A DNA stretch of 33,950 bases, from sequence record DRR723986_10485, one strand, 5' to 3'. Numbering within the stretch: position 1 is the stretch's first letter; each line of letters opens with the position of its first letter. This document shows positions 29,093 to 33,950 of the stretch, piece after piece. The notes below the pieces were generated by a model that worked only from the letters and a program-made list of their open reading frames with translations, did no database searches and was not told the origin of the DNA. The position numbers and the translations under genes are program-made.

Positions 29093-29914
29093 ATGTCAAA
29101 ACCTTCTCCCGTTGGATCCGTAATGATCGCTGCCGCCCGCGCCGCCGGGCGTTCGCTGGCGCGTGATTTCGGTGAAGTCGAAAACCTCCAGGTCTCCAAG
29201 AAAGGCCCGGCAGACTTTGTGTCCAACGCCGACCACCGGGCTGAAGAGATCATCTTCACGCACCTCTCCAAGGCACGTCCCGGCTATGGTTTTGTGATGG
29301 AAGAGCGCGGCATCGTCGAAGGCACGGACAAGTCCAATCGCTTCATCGTCGATCCGCTGGACGGCACGCTGAACTTCCTGCACGGTCAGCCGCATTTTGC
29401 CGTCTCCATCGCGCTCGAGCGTGACGGCGAGCTTCTGACCGGTGTCATCTTTGATGTCGCCAAGAACGAGATTTTCTGGGCCGAGACTGGCCGCGGGGCC
29501 TGGCTGGACAATCGCAAGCTGCGTGTGGCCGCCCGGCGTGACCTGCACGAGACCGTGATTGCCACCGGCACACCCTGGCACGGAATTCCCGGCGAAACCC
29601 ATATCAGCTTTGCGCGCGAGATCGCCGCGATGACGCCCGCTACCGCTGGCATTCGCCGTTACGGCTCGGCGTCACTGGACCTTGCGTGGGTTGCTGCCGG
29701 GCGGTTTGATGGCTTCTGGGAGCGTGGCTTGAAGCCCTGGGACATCGCAGCTGGCATCGTGCTGGTGCGTGAAGCCGGCGGCATGATCAGCGAGATCGAT
29801 GGTGGGGACGTGCTGCAGACAGGCTCGATTCTGGCGGCCAACAGCGACCTGCATCCGAAGCTCGAAAAGCAGATCCGCCACGCGGCATCCTTCGGAAAAG
29901 CGGCTTCGGTCTGA
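29093..29914 (+). CDS. suhB: inositol monophosphatase family protein SuhB
   Basis: RDFGEVENLQVSKKGPADFVS, DPLDGTLNFLHG, RRYGSASLDL, PWDIAAG. Confidence 0.93.
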   Translation: MSKPSPVGSVMIAAARAAGRSLARDFGEVENLQVSKKGPADFVSNADHRAEEIIFTHLSKARPGYGFVMEERGIVEGTDKSNRFIVDPLDGTLNFLHGQPHFAVSIALERDGELLTGVIFDVAKNEIFWAETGRGAWLDNRKLRVAARRDLHETVIATGTPWHGIPGETHISFAREIAAMTPATAGIRRYGSASLDLAWVAAGRFDGFWERGLKPWDIAAGIVLVREAGGMISEIDGGDVLQTGSILAANSDLHPKLEKQIRHAASFGKAASV

Positions 29915-30003
29915 GCGCTCTTACGAGTGGGTAAAACCAGAATTAATAGATGACGCTCGCGTCACCTATTTCATTCCTCGTAAAAATACGTAGTCTGTGT
30001 CTC

Positions 30004-31503
30004 ATGACACAGCCAGATACAGACGTTCTCATCATCGGTGCGGGCCTTTCGGGCATCGGCGCTGCCGTTCACCTCGGCAAGCAATGCCCCGGCAAGACCT
30101 ATCGAATCTTCGAACAGCGAAGCGCCATGGGCGGGACGTGGGACCTGTTCCGCTATCCCGGCATCCGCTCGGATTCGGACATGCACACGCTGGGCTTCAA
30201 TTTCAAACCCTGGACCGAGGCCAAGGCCATCGCCGATGGTCCGTCGATCCGGAACTATATCCGCGAAACAGCGGATGAGCACGACATCACCCGGCATATC
30301 CAGTTCGACACGAAGATCGTGGCAGCGGACTGGTCCAGCCCGGATCAGGTCTGGCACATCACGGCGGAAGACGCCAAAACCGGCAAGCGGACCGAGCTGA
30401 CCACGCGCTTCCTGTTCATGTGCGGCGGCTACTACAACTATGATGAGGGCTACCGTCCGGATTTCCCGGGCGAGGAAAACTACAAGGGCCAGTTCGTCCA
30501 TCCCCAGCACTGGCCGGAAGATCTCGACTATTCTGGCAAGAAGGTCGTCATTATCGGGTCCGGCGCAACGGCAATGACGCTGGTGCCTGCCATGACCGAC
30601 AAGGCTGAACACGTCACCATGCTGCAGCGCTCGCCGACCTATGTCGTCTCGCGCCCGGCCGTGGACAAGTTTGCAAACTTCCTGCGTGCGATCCTGCCGG
30701 ACAGCTGGGCCTACACACTGATCCGCTGGCGGAATGTTGCCTTCCAGCAATACTTCTTCCGCAAGACCCGGGAAAATCCGGAACAGGCCAAAGAGCGCCT
30801 GTTGAAAATGGTGCGCGAGGAGCTGGGTCCCGACTATGACGTCGAGAAGCATTTCACGCCGCACTACAATCCGTGGGAGCAGCGCCTCTGCCTTGTGCCT
30901 GATTCCGACCTGTTCAATGCGCTGAAGTCCGGCAAGGCCAGCGTCGAGACCGATCACATCGAGACCTTCACCGACAAGGGGATCAAGCTGAAGTCCGGCA
31001 AGGAGCTGGAGGCGGACATCGTGGTGACCGCGACAGGCCTGAACCTCATCTTCATGAACGGTGTCGACGTCTCGCTGGACGGCACGAAGGTCGATCCTGG
31101 CAAATTGCTGAACTACAAGGGCGTCATGCTGTCCAACGTGCCGAACCTGGCGGTGACATTCGGCTACACCAATGCTTCCTGGACGCTGAAGGCGGACCTG
31201 ACCAGCGAATATGTCTGCCGCCTGATCACGCTGATGGACAAGAAGGGCGCCACTTCGGCGATGCCTTACCTGCCGGCCTTCCCGAACGAGACCGAACCTT
31301 TCGTGGACTTCTCGTCAGGTTACTTCCAGCGCGTGATGGACCAGTTCCCGCGCCAGCATACCGAAGCGCCGTGGAAGCTGCATCAGAGCTATTTCACCGA
31401 CCGGAAAAACCTGCGCCAGGAGCCAATCGAGGACGGCGTGATGCAGTTCACCACGCCCGCTGATGCCGCTGCCTCGAAACCGGCGCTTCAGGCCGCAGAA
31501 TAA
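30004..31503 (+). CDS. FAD-containing Baeyer-Villiger monooxygenase, EthA-like
   Basis: GAGLSG, GGTWDLFRYPGIRSDSD, HPQHWP, GSGATA, QRSPTY, GYTNASWTLK. Confidence 0.92.
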   Translation: MTQPDTDVLIIGAGLSGIGAAVHLGKQCPGKTYRIFEQRSAMGGTWDLFRYPGIRSDSDMHTLGFNFKPWTEAKAIADGPSIRNYIRETADEHDITRHIQFDTKIVAADWSSPDQVWHITAEDAKTGKRTELTTRFLFMCGGYYNYDEGYRPDFPGEENYKGQFVHPQHWPEDLDYSGKKVVIIGSGATAMTLVPAMTDKAEHVTMLQRSPTYVVSRPAVDKFANFLRAILPDSWAYTLIRWRNVAFQQYFFRKTRENPEQAKERLLKMVREELGPDYDVEKHFTPHYNPWEQRLCLVPDSDLFNALKSGKASVETDHIETFTDKGIKLKSGKELEADIVVTATGLNLIFMNGVDVSLDGTKVDPGKLLNYKGVMLSNVPNLAVTFGYTNASWTLKADLTSEYVCRLITLMDKKGATSAMPYLPAFPNETEPFVDFSSGYFQRVMDQFPRQHTEAPWKLHQSYFTDRKNLRQEPIEDGVMQFTTPADAAASKPALQAAE

Positions 31504-31577
31504 GCTGCCTCTAAACAAAGGCCTGCAGGCGTCCTATCTGTCACCCGTAAGGGGCGTACAGAAAAAGGAGTGTCTGT

Positions 31578-31736
31578 ATGTGGTTGTGGCTATTGTGGTG
31601 GTGTGTGGATGATCACATTGCTGAAGCGGTCGGCGCGCCGGGCCTTGGCGAATTGCCGATCTGGGTGCCGCTGATCCTGTCGCTTGCCTTCGCCTTCACG
31701 GTGGACGGCAAGGTCAAGAAATGGAAACGCGGCTGA
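31578..31736 (+). CDS. small Trp-rich membrane protein (52 aa), not in ORF track
   Basis: AAAAAGGAG 7 nt before ATG; MWLWLLWWCVDDHIAEAVGAPGLGELPIWVPLILSLAFAFTVDGKVKKWKRG; fills the intergenic gap; TGA lies 2 nt from the convergent ABC gene end. Confidence 0.7.
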   Translation: MWLWLLWWCVDDHIAEAVGAPGLGELPIWVPLILSLAFAFTVDGKVKKWKRG

Positions 31737-31738
31737 TT

Positions 31739-33586
31739 TCAGCCTTCCGCAAACTGCAGTTCGGCGAGGCGGGCATAAAGCCCGCCTTTGGCCACCAGTT
31801 CCTCGTGGCTGCCCTCCTCGACGATCCGCCCGTGTTCCATGACGACGATCCGGTCGGCGCGGCGTACGGTCGACAGGCGGTGCGCGATGACCAGCGTCGT
31901 GCGTCCTTCGGAAGCATTCTCGATGGCCCGGCGGACAGCGGCCTCGCTCTCGGAGTCGAGCGCGGAGGTGGCTTCATCCAGCAGGAGGACCGGCGCATCG
32001 CGTACCAGTGCGCGGGCAAGCGCGATGCGCTGGCGCTGGCCGCCGGAAAGGCTGCGGCCCTTCTGTCCGAGCGGTGTGGCAAGGCCTTCCTTCTCCGACA
32101 GGAAGTCCATCGCTTCTGCCATGCGGGCGGCATGTTCGAACAGTTTTTCGTCTGGATTGTCCGTACCAAAACCGATATTCTCGGCGGCTGTGCCGGTGAA
32201 CAGCGCTGATTCCTGCGGCGCGTAAGCGAAATTGCGCCGCCAGTCGCGGGGCGTGACTTCCGTCGAGGAGATGCCATCCAGCATCACCTGACCGGATTGT
32301 GGATCGAACAGGCGCAGGGCGAGGCGGAACACCGTCGTCTTGCCTGCGCCGCTCGGGCCGACCAGGGCGACGAATTCGCCGGGCTTCACCGATAGGGAGA
32401 AATCCGTCAGCGCAGAGACCGGCTTTCCGTCATTGGTGGCTTCGTCATAGGCGAAGGTCACGTGATCGAAGGCGAGGGCGCCAGTGACCTTTTCCGGCAT
32501 CGGCCGGGGCAGGGCGGGTGGCCCAATCTCAGGCTCCGCGTTCAGTACTTCGGCGGCGCGGTCTGCGGCGCCGGCGGCCCGCATCACTTCGCCATAGACT
32601 TCCGCCAGCATGCCGAAGCCAGACCCGGCATAGAGGGCATAGAGGACCATGGCGGACAGGTCCCCGAAGCTCATCTCGCCCTTGGCAACGGCCCGGGCGC
32701 CCAGCCACAGCACGCAGACAAAGCCGCCGAACAAAAGAACCGACACCATGACGATCATGAGGCTGCGCGCCGTGATCCGGCGCATGGCGGCGGCGAAGGT
32801 CGCCTCCACCGCCTCGGTGAAATTGGCGAGGCGGCTGTCTTCGCGGCTGTAGGCCTGCACGAGTTCGATGGCATCCAGCGCCTCGGCGGCTTCGGCGCCG
32901 GCGTCTGCAAGACGGGACTGGGCCCGGTTCGACATGGTGCGGATGACCCGGCCAACGCCGACAACGGGCAGCATGGCGACTGGCAGCATGGCCAGCAAGG
33001 TCAGGCCCAGCTGCCAGTTCACCACCAGCATCATGGTCAGCGCGCCAAATGTCGTGATCAGCGTCCGCGTCGCCATCGAGGCAGATGTGCCGAGGAACTG
33101 TTCGATCAGCGTGATGTCTGCCGTGAGGCGCGAGACCGCTTCACCGGAGCGCATTTTCGAATGGTAGCGCGGCCCGAGGGTCAGCAAGTGGGCGTAGAGG
33201 TCCCGGCGCAGGTCTGCCGCGATCCGCTCGCCAAACCGGGAGACGAAATAGAACCGCACTGCGCCCAGCACACCTGAGGCAATGGCTGCTGCCGCCACCC
33301 AGAAAAAGGATCTGTCGACCAGTTCCAGCAGTTTCTGCGGGTCGCCGCCGGCCTGCCGGCCGCTGTCGGCTGCCTTGCCCAGCAGGATCGGCAGGGTCAG
33401 GCTGAGGGCCGCAGCGCCGACAAGAAAGACGAGCGCGATCGCCACAGTGCGCCAGTGCCGTCCGGCATAGGGAAGGAGCAGTCCCAGCGGCTTAAGGCTG
33501 CGCCCTTTGGGGCGGTTGATGGCCTGTCCGCCGCCCGGTTCCGTGGCCCGCCGGTCTATGGTTTCCTGGGATTCCGTGTCGGCCAT
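31739..33586 (-). CDS. ABC exporter, fused TMD-NBD (MsbA/ABCB-like)
   Basis: Six-TM-type N-terminal domain; Walker A GPSGAGKT; LSGGQRQR; LLLDEATSALD; IAHRLST. Confidence 0.93.
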   Translation of the reverse strand: MADTESQETIDRRATEPGGGQAINRPKGRSLKPLGLLLPYAGRHWRTVAIALVFLVGAAALSLTLPILLGKAADSGRQAGGDPQKLLELVDRSFFWVAAAAIASGVLGAVRFYFVSRFGERIAADLRRDLYAHLLTLGPRYHSKMRSGEAVSRLTADITLIEQFLGTSASMATRTLITTFGALTMMLVVNWQLGLTLLAMLPVAMLPVVGVGRVIRTMSNRAQSRLADAGAEAAEALDAIELVQAYSREDSRLANFTEAVEATFAAAMRRITARSLMIVMVSVLLFGGFVCVLWLGARAVAKGEMSFGDLSAMVLYALYAGSGFGMLAEVYGEVMRAAGAADRAAEVLNAEPEIGPPALPRPMPEKVTGALAFDHVTFAYDEATNDGKPVSALTDFSLSVKPGEFVALVGPSGAGKTTVFRLALRLFDPQSGQVMLDGISSTEVTPRDWRRNFAYAPQESALFTGTAAENIGFGTDNPDEKLFEHAARMAEAMDFLSEKEGLATPLGQKGRSLSGGQRQRIALARALVRDAPVLLLDEATSALDSESEAAVRRAIENASEGRTTLVIAHRLSTVRRADRIVVMEHGRIVEEGSHEELVAKGGLYARLAELQFAEG

Positions 33587-33631
33587 GGGGAATACCTTTG
33601 CAGTACTGTGGAAATCGGGTGCTAGGCCCTC

Positions 33632-33660
33632 TTGCGAAAGGGGCTATCTTCAGTTACACG
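33632..33660 (+). promoter_or_regulatory. putative sigma70 promoter of rpmE
   Basis: TTGCGA-N17-TACACG followed by a GC-rich discriminator; lacks -7 T, as is common in alphaproteobacteria. Confidence 0.5.
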
Positions 33661-33763
33661 CGCCACTTCTGAAAACGGGCAGCAGCCACGCCCGCGCACC
33701 CCTACTGGTGAAGCGCGGCGGCCACAAGGCCCGCAGGTAACGGATCACAGAAGGGCGCGAGCC

Positions 33764-33950
33764 ATGAAAAAAGAAGGTCATCCCGACTATCACTTCATCA
33801 CCGTGGTGATGACGGACGGCACTGAGTACCAGACGCGCTCGACCTACGGCGCTGAAGGTGACCGCCTCGTGCTGGACATCGACTCCAAATCGCACCCGGC
33901 CTGGACCGGCGGCGACGGCAAGCTGATGGACCGCGGCGGCCGCGTGTCCC
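33764..33950 (+). CDS. rpmE: 50S ribosomal protein L31 (partial, runs off window)
   Basis: [48 protein letters not shown]. Confidence 0.95.
   Translation, partial: MKKEGHPDYHFITVVMTDGTEYQTRSTYGAEGDRLVLDIDSKSHPAWTGGDGKLMDRGGRVS

Noticed and set aside
29932..29946. CtrA-like TAAA-N7-TTAA (also TTAA half-sites near 4051, 6374, 8377)
   Set aside because: No full TTAA-N7-TTAA match; chance occurrence likely
31578..31607. Trp attenuator leader peptide
   Set aside because: No trp gene or terminator downstream, and the ORF continues into a TM helix
33764..33950. Cys-free L31 as a zinc-starvation paralogue
   Set aside because: The Cys-free form is the normal L31 in alphaproteobacteria; no Zur box seen
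1..33950. CRISPR arrays, IS elements, prophage, tRNA/rRNA, multi-gene defence system
   Set aside because: No repeat-spacer array, transposase, integrase or RNA gene signature seen; the caspase lacks adjacent gasdermin/TIR/NLR-like partners and appears exported

Overview
GC-rich alphaproteobacterial chromosomal segment. Gene content, promoter style and codon style suggest Hyphomonadaceae such as Hyphomonas (inference). It has about 27 CDS. Housekeeping genes: threonine dehydratase, tandem FKBP PPIase, cysQ, glmM, selO, gap, pgk, class I fba, thiE, suhB, an MsbA-like ABC exporter and partial rpmE. Interspersed lipid/aromatic-acid and uptake genes: a feruloyl-CoA synthetase-like ligase, an HCCA isomerase/kappa-GST, an HSL esterase, two divergent TonB-dependent receptors, a family III CoA-transferase, an EthA-like BVMO and an M3 peptidase lipoprotein. 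No rRNA, tRNA, IS, integrase or CRISPR array was seen. The most notable items are: a Tat-signal tandem caspase-like (C14) protein with one intact and one degenerate catalytic dyad; a cyanobacterial/plant-type omega-3/delta-12 desaturase; a 52-aa Trp-rich small membrane ORF missing from the ORF track; a compact bidirectional promoter for two apparently leaderless genes overlapped by an 11-bp tandem repeat; a palindrome-dense TBDR spacer with a PhaR-like box; and a sigma54-like promoter before fba. No clear multi-gene novel system could be established from sequence alone.
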